Part shown: in pieces, positions 7,900-16,424 of the stretch
How positions within the stretch are numbered: position 1 is the stretch's first letter
Layout: every line of letters begins with the position of its first letter
Assembly (NCBI GenBank): GCA_037442905.1
Contig: JBBIPJ010000001.1
Coordinates: 1-26,655, forward strand
DNA: 26,655 nt
Direction of reading: 5' to 3'
DNA from: an archaeon
GTDB lineage: Archaea; Undinarchaeota; Undinarchaeia; Undinarchaeales; Naiadarchaeaceae
Translations under genes and position numbers: made by a program
Notes under the pieces: model-generated
The model's database searches: none
What the model saw: only the letters and a program-made list of their open reading frames with translations
What the model was told of the DNA's origin: nothing

Positions 7900-8955
7900 T
7901 TACTCAGGAAACATGTTTGGAAACATTACAACTTTCCCGCATCTTCCCTCTTTCATCACTTGAATTGCCTTTTCAAATTCATCCAGTTTGAATTTATGAG
8001 TAACAATTGGAGAAATATCAAATTTTTTATCTGCAAAAAGTTTTTTCATTAAATTCCAAGTGCGCGGAATTTCGCGGCCATAAATTGCTCGGATTGTGAT
8101 ATCTTTCAGAACAACATCCCTGCTCCACATTAAGCATACTTGTTGCGGCGGCAATCCAAGAAGTGTTGCCTGACCGCCAGGCTTTAAAACTTTCAACCCT
8201 TGCTCAATTGCTGTCTGGCTTCCTGCCATTTCATAAAAAACATCAACCCCTTCACTATTTGTTTCCTCTTTTATTCTTTCAATAACATCTTCCACATGGC
8301 GGTTAACAATAACATGTGCGCCGACTTTTTTTCCAAGTTCCATGTGTTCAACAGTTCCGCTAATAGCAATGATTTTTTTTGCACCCCAATGCCTTGCAAC
8401 TGCAATTGCAAACAATCCTGTTGGCCCAAGACCGAAAACAGCAATTGTTTTTCCTTTCACAGGGCCTGCTGAAACTGTGTAAACACTATTGCCTAGAGAT
8501 TCATGTAGAGTTGCTATCTGCGGAGGCAATTTTGGAGAAACTTTAAATAAAACATGCTCAGGGACAACAATATGTTCAGCATAACTCCCATTGATATCAA
8601 TTCCAACTGCTTTTATGTTTAAGCAAGTGTGCGGCCTTCCGGCTTTGCACTGAGAACATTGACCGCAATAAATATGGCTTTCATTCGCAACTGTATCTCC
8701 AACTTTTAATTTTTTAACTCCTTGCCCTATTTTTTCTACAACTCCTGTAAACTCGTGCCCAATAATTCTGGGCGGTTTAATTCGTGTGTCCCACGGAGTG
8801 TCATTATTGTAGATGTGAACATCAGTTCCGCAAACAGAACAAGCCTTAACTTTAACCAAGACTTCCCCTTTTCCAGGATTCGGAATCGGAGCATTAATTA
8901 ATTCAAATCCAGGCGAATTTTTTGTCTTTGCAACAGCCTGCATTTTTTCTGGCAT
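7900..8955 (-). CDS. tdh: L-threonine 3-dehydrogenase
   Basis: CGTDVHIY, GHEFTG, ESHIYCGQCSQCKAGRPHTC, GLGPTG; adjacent to kbl. Confidence 0.92.
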   Translation of the reverse strand: MPEKMQAVAKTKNSPGFELINAPIPNPGKGEVLVKVKACSVCGTDVHIYNNDTPWDTRIKPPRIIGHEFTGVVEKIGQGVKKLKVGDTVANESHIYCGQCSQCKAGRPHTCLNIKAVGIDINGSYAEHIVVPEHVLFKVSPKLPPQIATLHESLGNSVYTVSAGPVKGKTIAVFGLGPTGLFAIAVARHWGAKKIIAISGTVEHMELGKKVGAHVIVNRHVEDVIERIKEETNSEGVDVFYEMAGSQTAIEQGLKVLKPGGQATLLGLPPQQVCLMWSRDVVLKDITIRAIYGREIPRTWNLMKKLFADKKFDISPIVTHKFKLDEFEKAIQVMKEGRCGKVVMFPNMFPE

Positions 8956-10140
8956 CTAAATCACATTTAATTTTTTTCCTATCTTTTCAAATTTAGAAAT
9001 CGCCTCATTTAAAATTTCCTTGTTGTGTGCAGCAGTCGGCATTGTTCTTATGCGTGCTTTTCCCTGTGCAACCATTGGGTAGAAAATCGGAATTGTAAAA
9101 ACTCCCTCATGCATTAGCTCAGCGGCAAAATCCTGCGCTGTTTTGCTCTCTCCCAGCATAATCGGAGTTATGGGAGTTTCAGAAACTCCTATATCAAAGC
9201 CCAACTTTTTCAATGCTTTTTTATAATAGCGCGTATTTCTCCAGAGTTTCTTGACAATTTGTGGTTTTTCCATCAAAAGTTCAATTGCAGCAGTGCAGGC
9301 AGCAACTGTTGCTGGCGGCGCGCTCCCGCTTAAGAGCCAACTACGTGATTTGTTCAGAGCCCATTCGCGCAAATATTTATTTCCTGCAACATAACCCCCA
9401 ACAACTCCAAAGGCTTTTGAAAAAGTTCCCATTTCAATATCAATTTTTCCTTCCAAACCAAAATGATTTACAGCTCCTCTTCCGCCCTCTCCCAAAACTC
9501 CTTCTCCGTGTGCATCATCAACATAAGTAATTGCTCCAAAGTGTTTTGCAAGCTTTGAAATCTCAGGAAGCGGTGCTATATCCCCATCCATTGAGAAAAC
9601 TCCGTCAGTAATTATTAAAATTCTCCTGTATTTTCCATGCGCTTCTTCTAACAATTTCTTTAGCTCATCAGTATTTTTGTGCGGGAAAACTTTTCTTTCT
9701 GCTTTTGTCAATCTAACTCCATCAATTATGCTCCCGTGATTTAACTCATCGCTAATTATTAAATCCCCTTCTCCAACAAGCTGTGCAAGAACACCAGCAT
9801 TTGCAGCATATCCTGTCTGGAAATAAAGAGCTGATTCACGATGTTTAAATTCTGCAATTTTTTCTTCAAGCCTGTTGTGCAAATCCATTGTTCCTGCAAT
9901 TGCTCTTACAGAACCACTGCCTGCGCCGTATTTTTTGGTTGCAGCAATTGCAGCCCTTTTTAATTTTGGATGGTTTGATAATCCAAGATAGTTGTTTGAG
10001 CATAACACAATTACTTCTTTTCCATCAACAATTGCTCTTGGAGTAGACGGGCCTTGCAGTTCTCTAATCTTCCAGTCTAAATTTTTTGCCCTAAGCTCAT
10101 CCACCTCTGTCTTAAAAAATGCAGTTGGATCGTTTTCCAT
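8956..10140 (-). CDS. kbl: Glycine C-acetyltransferase (2-amino-3-ketobutyrate CoA ligase)
   Basis: SNNYLGL, GSGSVRAIAGT, DELNHGSIIDG, DGVFSMDGD, DDAHGEG, GTFSKAFG. ATG 10140 is preceded by GGGAG, and pairing with tdh favours Kbl over BioF. Confidence 0.9.
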   Translation of the reverse strand: MENDPTAFFKTEVDELRAKNLDWKIRELQGPSTPRAIVDGKEVIVLCSNNYLGLSNHPKLKRAAIAATKKYGAGSGSVRAIAGTMDLHNRLEEKIAEFKHRESALYFQTGYAANAGVLAQLVGEGDLIISDELNHGSIIDGVRLTKAERKVFPHKNTDELKKLLEEAHGKYRRILIITDGVFSMDGDIAPLPEISKLAKHFGAITYVDDAHGEGVLGEGGRGAVNHFGLEGKIDIEMGTFSKAFGVVGGYVAGNKYLREWALNKSRSWLLSGSAPPATVAACTAAIELLMEKPQIVKKLWRNTRYYKKALKKLGFDIGVSETPITPIMLGESKTAQDFAAELMHEGVFTIPIFYPMVAQGKARIRTMPTAAHNKEILNEAISKFEKIGKKLNVI

Positions 10141-10175
10141 TACTCCCACTAATTCCCTAGAATTTAGTCTTCAGA

Positions 10176-10183
10176 TTTATAAA
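10176..10183. promoter_or_regulatory. Palindromic TATA box between divergent kbl and MVD genes
   Basis: TTTATAAA lies 25 nt from ATG 10208 (+) and 36 nt from ATG 10140 (-). Confidence 0.55.
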
Positions 10184-10207
10184 GCTTGTGTCACTATGAC
10201 TATTATT

Positions 10208-11221
10208 ATGGCTCTAATTACTTCAGAGTCTCACCCAAACATAGCTCTTGTTAAGTATTGGGGGCAGAGAAACTCAGATTTGTATTTGCCTTACAATTCA
10301 AGCATTTCAATTACTCTGAATTCTAAATTATGGACGCGAACTTCTGTTTCTACATCAAAAGAATTGAAAAAAGACGAAGTTTATTTGAATAAAAAGAAAT
10401 TAAGCGGCGCAAAATTAAAGCGCGCATTAAGGCAACTGAATTATTTGCGCAAAAGTAATTTTATTTCTAAAAAAACAAAAGTAAAAATTACTTCAATAAA
10501 CAATTTTCCAACAGGAACTGGAATTGCTTCCTCCGCTTCTGGATTTTCTGCACTGGCATTTGCACTGAATAAACTGTTTAAATTAAATCTAAGCAAAAAA
10601 GAGCTTTCAGTTTTAGCAAGAATAGGAAGCGGCAGCGCGGCGCGTTCAGTTTGCGGAGGATTTGTTCTCTGGCAAAAAGGGGAATTAAAAAGCGGAGAAG
10701 ATTCCTTTGCCGTGCAAGTTAAAAAAGAAAATTTCTGGGCAGAGTTAAGGGATTTAATTGTGATTGCTGAAACAAAGGAGAAAAAAGTTAATTCTATAGA
10801 GGGAATGCAGCGCTGCGTGAAAACAAGCCCGAGCTTTATGCATAGAATTCAGGAAGCGGAGTATAGAGTTGAAAAAATTAAGCGCGCAATTCTGAAAAAA
10901 GATTTTGAAACTCTAGCAATTGAAACAATGCATGATTCTGATAGAATGCACAGCCTGATTGCAGAAGCAACTCCAAAATTTTCTTACTTAAATTCTGTCT
11001 CAAAAAATATAATTAACTCCGTGCGCGCGTTTAACTCAGACGGAATTAAAGCTGCCTATACCTTTGATGCAGGCCCGAATGCACATGTTTTAACCCTGAA
11101 AAAAAATGTAAGTGAATTAAAACAAAATTTGCTTAAAATAAAAGGTGTTAAGGAAATTATTGAGGCAAAAGTCGGGGGCGGGCCAAAGATTATTAAGAAA
11201 GAAGCGCCCATTTCCAAATAG
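10208..11221 (+). CDS. mvaD: Mevalonate (di)phosphate decarboxylase family; probably phosphomevalonate decarboxylase
   Basis: HPNIALVKYWG...PYNSSISITL, FPTGTGIASSASG, GSGSAARS, YTFDAGPN. The start is trimmed from the ORF-track 9992 on the basis of family length and TATA position. Confidence 0.9.
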   Translation: MALITSESHPNIALVKYWGQRNSDLYLPYNSSISITLNSKLWTRTSVSTSKELKKDEVYLNKKKLSGAKLKRALRQLNYLRKSNFISKKTKVKITSINNFPTGTGIASSASGFSALAFALNKLFKLNLSKKELSVLARIGSGSAARSVCGGFVLWQKGELKSGEDSFAVQVKKENFWAELRDLIVIAETKEKKVNSIEGMQRCVKTSPSFMHRIQEAEYRVEKIKRAILKKDFETLAIETMHDSDRMHSLIAEATPKFSYLNSVSKNIINSVRAFNSDGIKAAYTFDAGPNAHVLTLKKNVSELKQNLLKIKGVKEIIEAKVGGGPKIIKKEAPISK

Positions 11222-11259
11222 TTTAAATATTTATAAATGGAACTTACATGCTCACTAGG

Positions 11260-11420
11260 GAGAATGCTTCGTAAGTAAACTTACTCGCACACAAAGGAAT
11301 AAAATTCCTTCACAAAGGGTAGCTTCAATTGGTCAAGTACTTCACTTGATAAGCAACTACCCTTTGTGTTTGCGCACACGAAACCGGAGGTTTCGTGTTG
11401 TCTCTCACTTCGTTCGAGAT
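11260..11420. repeat. Cluster of REP-like hairpins including a 58-bp palindromic element
   Basis: Nested hairpin 11260-11289; AAGGAAT-AAA-ATTCCTT; CACAAAGGGTAG...CTACCCTTTGTG (11311-11368); ACACGAAACC-GGA-GGTTTCGTGT (11376-11398); TCTC-TCACTTCGTTC-GAGA (11401-11419). Confidence 0.8.
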
Positions 11421-12351
11421 GACAAATCCAATAACAGCATCCGCTCCGGCCAAACTCATTTTGTTTGGGGAGCACATTGTTGTCTATGGAGAGCCTGCAA
11501 TAGCAACTGCTCTTGATAAGCGAGCATATGTAACAGCAATCACTCTAGATGAGAAAAAAATTGTTGTGCGCTCAAAAAATTTGGGAAACGAGATTGAAGC
11601 CTCTTTTAAGGAGCAAACAAAAGATCCTGTAGTAAGAGCTGCTCAAGTTGCACTTGAAAAAACAAAGGCAAACAAAGGAGTTCAAGTAGAAATAAATTCC
11701 GAGATTCCTGTTTCTGTTGGTTTGGGGAGCAGTGCATCAGTTTCAGTTGCAACAGCAGCTGCTATCTTAAAACTTTTTTCTGAAAAAGAGCCATCAAAAT
11801 TTGAAATTATGGCAGTGGCCCATGAGGCTGAAAAAATTGCTCATGGAAATCCAAGCGGAATTGATACTGCAATTACAACCTTTGGCGGCACAATATTTTT
11901 TAAAAAAGGCGAGATTGAAAGCTTGGGCGCTCCCCAAATGGAAATAGTAGTTGGAAATACAAAAGTTCCAAGAAACACAAAAGAAATTGTTGAAAATGTA
12001 AAAAAAATTATTGAAGACCCGCGAGTTGCTTACAATCTTTTTACAATAAGCTCAATAGTTAGAAGAGCGCGCGAAGCCTTATTGCGCTCAAATCTTACAG
12101 AAATCGGGCATTTGATGAATAAAAACCAAGAGTTTTTAAGGGCGCTTGGAGTAAGCTCTGTAGAATTGGAGCAATTAATCCAGGTTGCACAGCAGGCAGG
12201 TGCATACGGAGCTAAATTAACAGGTGCTGGCGGTGGAGGATGCATGATAGCTTTGACAGACAGTCCTGAAAAAATTCAGGATGTTCTAAATAAAAGGGGG
12301 GCAGAGGCATTTGTTGTAAAAACAAATCAGGCTGGAGTAAGATATGAGTAA
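11419..12351 (+). CDS. mvk: Mevalonate kinase
   Basis: SAPAKLILFGEHIVVYG, IPVSVGLGSSAS, HGNPSGID, GAKLTGAGGGG. Confidence 0.95.
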   Translation: MTNPITASAPAKLILFGEHIVVYGEPAIATALDKRAYVTAITLDEKKIVVRSKNLGNEIEASFKEQTKDPVVRAAQVALEKTKANKGVQVEINSEIPVSVGLGSSASVSVATAAAILKLFSEKEPSKFEIMAVAHEAEKIAHGNPSGIDTAITTFGGTIFFKKGEIESLGAPQMEIVVGNTKVPRNTKEIVENVKKIIEDPRVAYNLFTISSIVRRAREALLRSNLTEIGHLMNKNQEFLRALGVSSVELEQLIQVAQQAGAYGAKLTGAGGGGCMIALTDSPEKIQDVLNKRGAEAFVVKTNQAGVRYE

Positions 12352-13132
12352 AAAAAGAAAACCTTTAATCTTTGTAAAATTGGGCGGAGCTGCAATTACA
12401 TTTAAGGATTTTCCTAAAAAAGCAAATGATTCTGTAATAGATAGTTGCGCTCAGCAGATTGCAAACCTAAAAGATGAATATAGATTTTTAATCGGCCATG
12501 GAGGAGGCGGATTTGCTCATCCAATTGCTGCAAAATACAAAATTCATGAGGGTTTAAAAATTTGTGGCGCAGAAGGAATGGCTGAAACACACCGCGCTGT
12601 TCGCGAGCTGAATAGCATTGTTGTAAATTATTTAATGGATCGCGGAATTCCAGCATTTTCTACTTATGCGTCCAGCTGTGTTCTTTCAAATGGTGGAAAA
12701 ATTAAGGAATTTTACACAAAGCCAATAAAAGAATTGCTTGCAAATGAAGTAGTTCCAGTTATTGGAGGGGATGTTGTTCCTGATATTAAAAAAGGATGTT
12801 CAATTGCTTCCACAGAAATGATTTTTTCCACTCTAATTAATGAAATGAAGCCAAAAAGAATTATTGTTGGAACAGATGTTGACGGAGTTTACATCACAGA
12901 AGGCGGCGATGAAAAGGTTGTGCCTGAAATAAATAGAAAAAATTTTAAGAAAGTCTATGAATCAATCGGGAGCTCCAAATATACAGATGTTACAGGAGGA
13001 ATGAAACACAAAGTTGAGGAACTCTATGCAATCTCTAGAAAAGGAATCCAAATCCAAATAATAAATCTTCTAAAGGAGGAGAATTTAAGCCGCGCAATTC
13101 AAGGAGAGCGCGTTGGAACTTTAGTAAAGTAA
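12344..13132 (+). CDS. ipk: Isopentenyl phosphate kinase
   Basis: Amino-acid-kinase fold: VKLGGAAITFK, GHGGGGFAH (signature His), TDVDGVY, DVTGGMKHK. Confidence 0.93.
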   Translation: MSKKRKPLIFVKLGGAAITFKDFPKKANDSVIDSCAQQIANLKDEYRFLIGHGGGGFAHPIAAKYKIHEGLKICGAEGMAETHRAVRELNSIVVNYLMDRGIPAFSTYASSCVLSNGGKIKEFYTKPIKELLANEVVPVIGGDVVPDIKKGCSIASTEMIFSTLINEMKPKRIIVGTDVDGVYITEGGDEKVVPEINRKNFKKVYESIGSSKYTDVTGGMKHKVEELYAISRKGIQIQIINLLKEENLSRAIQGERVGTLVK

Positions 13133-14191
13133 ATGACTCCGGGAACATCTGACAGGAAATTGGAACACATAAAAATTGTTAGCAGGAAAAATGTTCAAGC
13201 TAAGCAAAAAACAAACTGGCTTGAGTATGTTGATTTAGTCCATAATTCAGTTCCGGAATTAAACAAAAAGGATATTAATTTGTCTGTAAAATTTTTGGGG
13301 CACAAATTGGATTACCCAATTTTAATAAGTGGAATGACAGGCGGGCATTCTGTTGCGCAAAAAATTAACGAAACGCTTGCGCGCGCAGCAGAAAAGGCAA
13401 ATGTTGCAATGGGGGTTGGCTCGCAAAGAGCAATGCTGGAAAATCCCAAGCTTGCTTACACCTATCAAGTCCGCGAATATGCACCATCAATTTTTCTTAT
13501 TGGCAATTTGGGGATTCCTCAGCTTGAAAAATACAAAACAAAAGGCGTTTTGAAAGCTGCAAAATCAATTGGGGCGAATGCTTTTGCAGTTCACTTAAAC
13601 AATTTGCAGGAAGTTGTGCAAAGAGAAGGGGATGTTAATGCAAAAAACTACTTTAAACACTTGAAAAAAATTTGTTCATCTGTTAAAATCCCGATTATCG
13701 CAAAGGAAACAGGAGCAGGAATTTCAAGAGAAGCTGCAAAATTATTAATTAAGGCAGGAGTCTCTGCAATAGATGTTGGCGGTGCAGGAGGAACCTCCTG
13801 GGGCGCTGTTGAAATTCTTCGCGGCAGAGCAAGCAAATCAAGTTCTATTGCCTTCTGGGATTGGGGAATCCCGACAGCAGCAAGTATTTTGGAAGTAAGA
13901 AGTGTTTCTGAAAAAATCCCGTTAATTGCTTCCGGTGGTTTAAGAAACGGATTAGAAGCAGCAAAATGCATAGCTCTTGGCGCTGATTTAGTTGGAATGG
14001 CATATCCATTTTTCAAAGCTGCTGAAAAAGGAACCTCTGAGGTAATAAAAACAATAGAAGAAATCGGAGAGGGAATTAGAAATGCTATGTTTTTAGTCAG
14101 CGCACGAAACATAAACGAGTTAAAAAATTCAAAATTTATAATCCAAGATAATTTATTGGATTGGGCTTTGTGGAGGGGATTGGGAAAGTAA
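13133..14191 (+). CDS. fni: Type 2 isopentenyl-diphosphate isomerase
   Basis: RKLEHI, ISGMTGG, GVGSQRA, HLNNLQEVVQREGD, KETGAG, GGAGGTSW, ASGGLRNG. Confidence 0.96.
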   Translation: MTPGTSDRKLEHIKIVSRKNVQAKQKTNWLEYVDLVHNSVPELNKKDINLSVKFLGHKLDYPILISGMTGGHSVAQKINETLARAAEKANVAMGVGSQRAMLENPKLAYTYQVREYAPSIFLIGNLGIPQLEKYKTKGVLKAAKSIGANAFAVHLNNLQEVVQREGDVNAKNYFKHLKKICSSVKIPIIAKETGAGISREAAKLLIKAGVSAIDVGGAGGTSWGAVEILRGRASKSSSIAFWDWGIPTAASILEVRSVSEKIPLIASGGLRNGLEAAKCIALGADLVGMAYPFFKAAEKGTSEVIKTIEEIGEGIRNAMFLVSARNINELKNSKFIIQDNLLDWALWRGLGK

Positions 14192-14194
14192 TTT

Positions 14195-15061
14195 ATGGGT
14201 ATAAAAAAAATTTCTTTATCTGAAAAATTGAAAATTTTAATTGAAATAAGCCGCCCTGTAAACATTTTAATGGTTATTTTTGGAATTATTATTACACTTG
14301 TTGCCGGGCTTGAAAGTATCCCACCTTTAGGGCTTTTGCTTCCAGCGGTTATCGCTGCTGCGTCAATCGCAGCTGCCGGAAATGCTATAAACGATTACTA
14401 TGACATTCAAATCGATCGAATTAATCGCCCTGAGCGCCCATTGCCTTCTGGAAAAATAACACAGCGCGGAATCTGGGGATATGCTATTTTTTTGTTCGCA
14501 ACTGGAATAATTGTTTCTATATTGCTGACACTTGCAAACTTTGTTCTTGCTTTTGTAAATTCTGTTCTTCTAGGAATTTATGCCTATAGATTAAAGCGAA
14601 GCGGATTTTTTGGAGATATTGTAATAAGTTATTTAGTGGCATCTGTCTTTATTTTCGCGGCGCTTGCAATCCATTCTCTGAAAATAGGATTTATTCTTGC
14701 AGTAGCAGCATTTTTCACAAATTCTGCGCGCGAAGTTCTGAAAGATTTGGAAGATATAAAAGGGGATAAACTCTTTGGAGCAAGAACTTTGCCACTTTTA
14801 ATTGGAAGAAAAAAATCAATCATAATTGTCAGCTCTTTTTTAATAGTTTCAATTTTAGTTAGCCCACTTCCATTTACGCTTGGAATTTTAAAATGGCCAT
14901 ATCTTGCTGTTGCAGCTCTCGCTGATTTTATTTTTCTTGACATAATTTATCTGCTCAATAAAAAAACTGACAAAAAAACTATTGCGCTGAATCAGAGGCT
15001 GATAAAATTTGCTGCCCTGACCGGCTTGCTCGCCTTTTTGGCTGGTGTGCTTCCTGTCTGA
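14195..15061 (+). CDS. Digeranylgeranylglyceryl phosphate synthase (UbiA family)
   Basis: NAINDYYDIQIDRINRPERPLPSG, AREVLKDLEDIKGD, multi-pass membrane protein, lipid-cluster context. Confidence 0.88.
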   Translation: MGIKKISLSEKLKILIEISRPVNILMVIFGIIITLVAGLESIPPLGLLLPAVIAAASIAAAGNAINDYYDIQIDRINRPERPLPSGKITQRGIWGYAIFLFATGIIVSILLTLANFVLAFVNSVLLGIYAYRLKRSGFFGDIVISYLVASVFIFAALAIHSLKIGFILAVAAFFTNSAREVLKDLEDIKGDKLFGARTLPLLIGRKKSIIIVSSFLIVSILVSPLPFTLGILKWPYLAVAALADFIFLDIIYLLNKKTDKKTIALNQRLIKFAALTGLLAFLAGVLPV

Positions 15062-15070
15062 GCATAAAAC

Positions 15071-15078
15071 TTTATAAG
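15071..15078 (+). promoter_or_regulatory. TATA box upstream of the duplicated egsA start
   Basis: AAAAC-TTTATAAG just after the DGGGP synthase stop. Confidence 0.5.
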
Positions 15079-15105
15079 AGGCTTGCACAGATACTTTCTG
15101 CTTTC

Positions 15106-15331
15106 AATAGGCCTAGAAAAATGACTGCAAGAAAAATTGAATCCCCACAGCCGACGACATGAACGTTTATCCGACTTTGAATCGGCTGGCGCTTCGGACT
15201 ACATCACAAAGGGTAGGTTTATTAGCTAACCACTTTGATAGCTATCCAGCCTACCCTTTGTGTAGGGGCATTCTCGCTGCGCTCGAAGCCCCTAAATAGG
15301 CATAGAAAAATGACTGCAAGAAAAATTGAAT
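15106..15331 (+). repeat. 37-bp direct repeat (15106-15142 and 15295-15331) flanking a 152-bp hairpin cassette
   Basis: AATAGGC(C/A)TAGAAAAATGACTGCAAGAAAAATTGAAT, 36/37 identical. It contains the egsA start and first 7 codons; the first copy gives the mini-ORF MTARKIESPQPTT* (15121-15162). Confidence 0.92.
15143..15294. mobile_element. Putative non-autonomous hairpin cassette (REP/MITE-like)
   Basis: CAGCCGA/TCGGCTG stem (15147-15188), 58-bp palindrome (15205-15262), GTAGGGGC...GCCCCTA hairpin (15262-15294), flanked by the 37-bp duplication. Confidence 0.55.
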
Positions 15332-16356
15332 TTCCAAGAATAGTAATTGTTGGCAGCGGAGCCACTGAGCAGATTGTTGAAGTAGTTGATGAAATAAGCC
15401 CTGGAAAAAATGCCTTAATTACCTCAGGCCCGCAAACCATGCAAATAGCTGGAAATAAAGTAAAGAAATTGCTTGAAAAATCTGGGTACAAAGTTTTCCA
15501 CCAGCGTTCCGAGGTTGCGGATGAAAAAACAATTTCTGCAGCCCAGAATCAGATAAAGCAGCACAAAATTAACATTGCTCTTGGAGTTGGGGGTGGAACA
15601 AGTATTGATGTTGCAAAGCTCTCCTCGTCTAGAGAAAATGTTCCATTCATTTCTGTTCCAACAGCTGCTTCGCATGATGGAATTTCCAGCCCAATTGCAT
15701 CAATAAAGCAGGATGGAAGTTTTAAAAGCTATCCTGCAACTGCGCCAATTGCAATTGTTGCAGATGTCTCAATAATTAAAACAGCTCCAAGAAAAATGTT
15801 AGCAGCTGGATGTGGAGATTTGCTTGCAAATTATACTGCAGTTGAGGATTGGAGACTTGCACACAAGTTAAGAGGGGAATATTTCGGAGAATATGCAGCC
15901 GCTCTTTCAATTATGAGCGCAAAAATGATTCTGGATAATTATGAAATTTTAAAAAATCCAAATGAGGAATCCATTAAATTAGTTGTTGAAGCATTGATTA
16001 GTTCAGGAGCAGCTATGTGCATTACAGGAAACTCTCGCCCGTGCAGCGGGGCAGAGCATATGTTTTCTCATGCTCTTGATAAATTGACTCCGAATCATGG
16101 ATTGCATGGAGAGCAATGTGGAATTGGAACAGTTATGATGGCATATTTGCATAAATTAGACTGGGAAAAATTCCGCGATGCTTTAAAAGCTGTTGGCGCC
16201 CCAACTAATGCTTCTGAATTAGGAATTGATTCAGAATTAATAATAAAAGCACTTACAATAGCGCACACAATCAGGGATAGGTATACAATTTTAGGAACAA
16301 ACGGATTGAGCGAAGAGGCAGCAAGAGATTTGGCAAGGAAAACAGGGGTTATATAA
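15310..16356 (+). CDS. egsA: Glycerol-1-phosphate dehydrogenase [NAD(P)+]
   Basis: GVGGGTSIDVAK, SVPTAASHDGISSP, AGCGDLLAN, SRPCSGAEHMFSHALD, LHGEQCG. Confidence 0.96.
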   Translation: MTARKIEFPRIVIVGSGATEQIVEVVDEISPGKNALITSGPQTMQIAGNKVKKLLEKSGYKVFHQRSEVADEKTISAAQNQIKQHKINIALGVGGGTSIDVAKLSSSRENVPFISVPTAASHDGISSPIASIKQDGSFKSYPATAPIAIVADVSIIKTAPRKMLAAGCGDLLANYTAVEDWRLAHKLRGEYFGEYAAALSIMSAKMILDNYEILKNPNEESIKLVVEALISSGAAMCITGNSRPCSGAEHMFSHALDKLTPNHGLHGEQCGIGTVMMAYLHKLDWEKFRDALKAVGAPTNASELGIDSELIIKALTIAHTIRDRYTILGTNGLSEEAARDLARKTGVI

Positions 16357-16424
16357 AATCTAGTTTTTGCGATGCTTGAAAACTATTTAAATGCCTTCTT
16401 ATAGAATAGCTTCTTGGGAGTGGC

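Noticed and set aside
8956-10140. 8-amino-7-oxononanoate synthase (bioF) or serine palmitoyltransferase call
   Set aside because: Same fold family, but direct coupling to tdh and the absence of biotin genes favour kbl.
11237-11278. Mini-ORF MELTCSLGRMLRK* as a displaced ancestral mvk start
   Set aside because: It only loosely resembles MVK N-termini (about 6/12 nt against the current start region), which is too weak to support.
11311-11368. 58-bp elements as classical MITEs of a DDE insertion sequence
   Set aside because: No target-site duplication around single copies and no transposase in the window. They are kept only as REP-like repeats.
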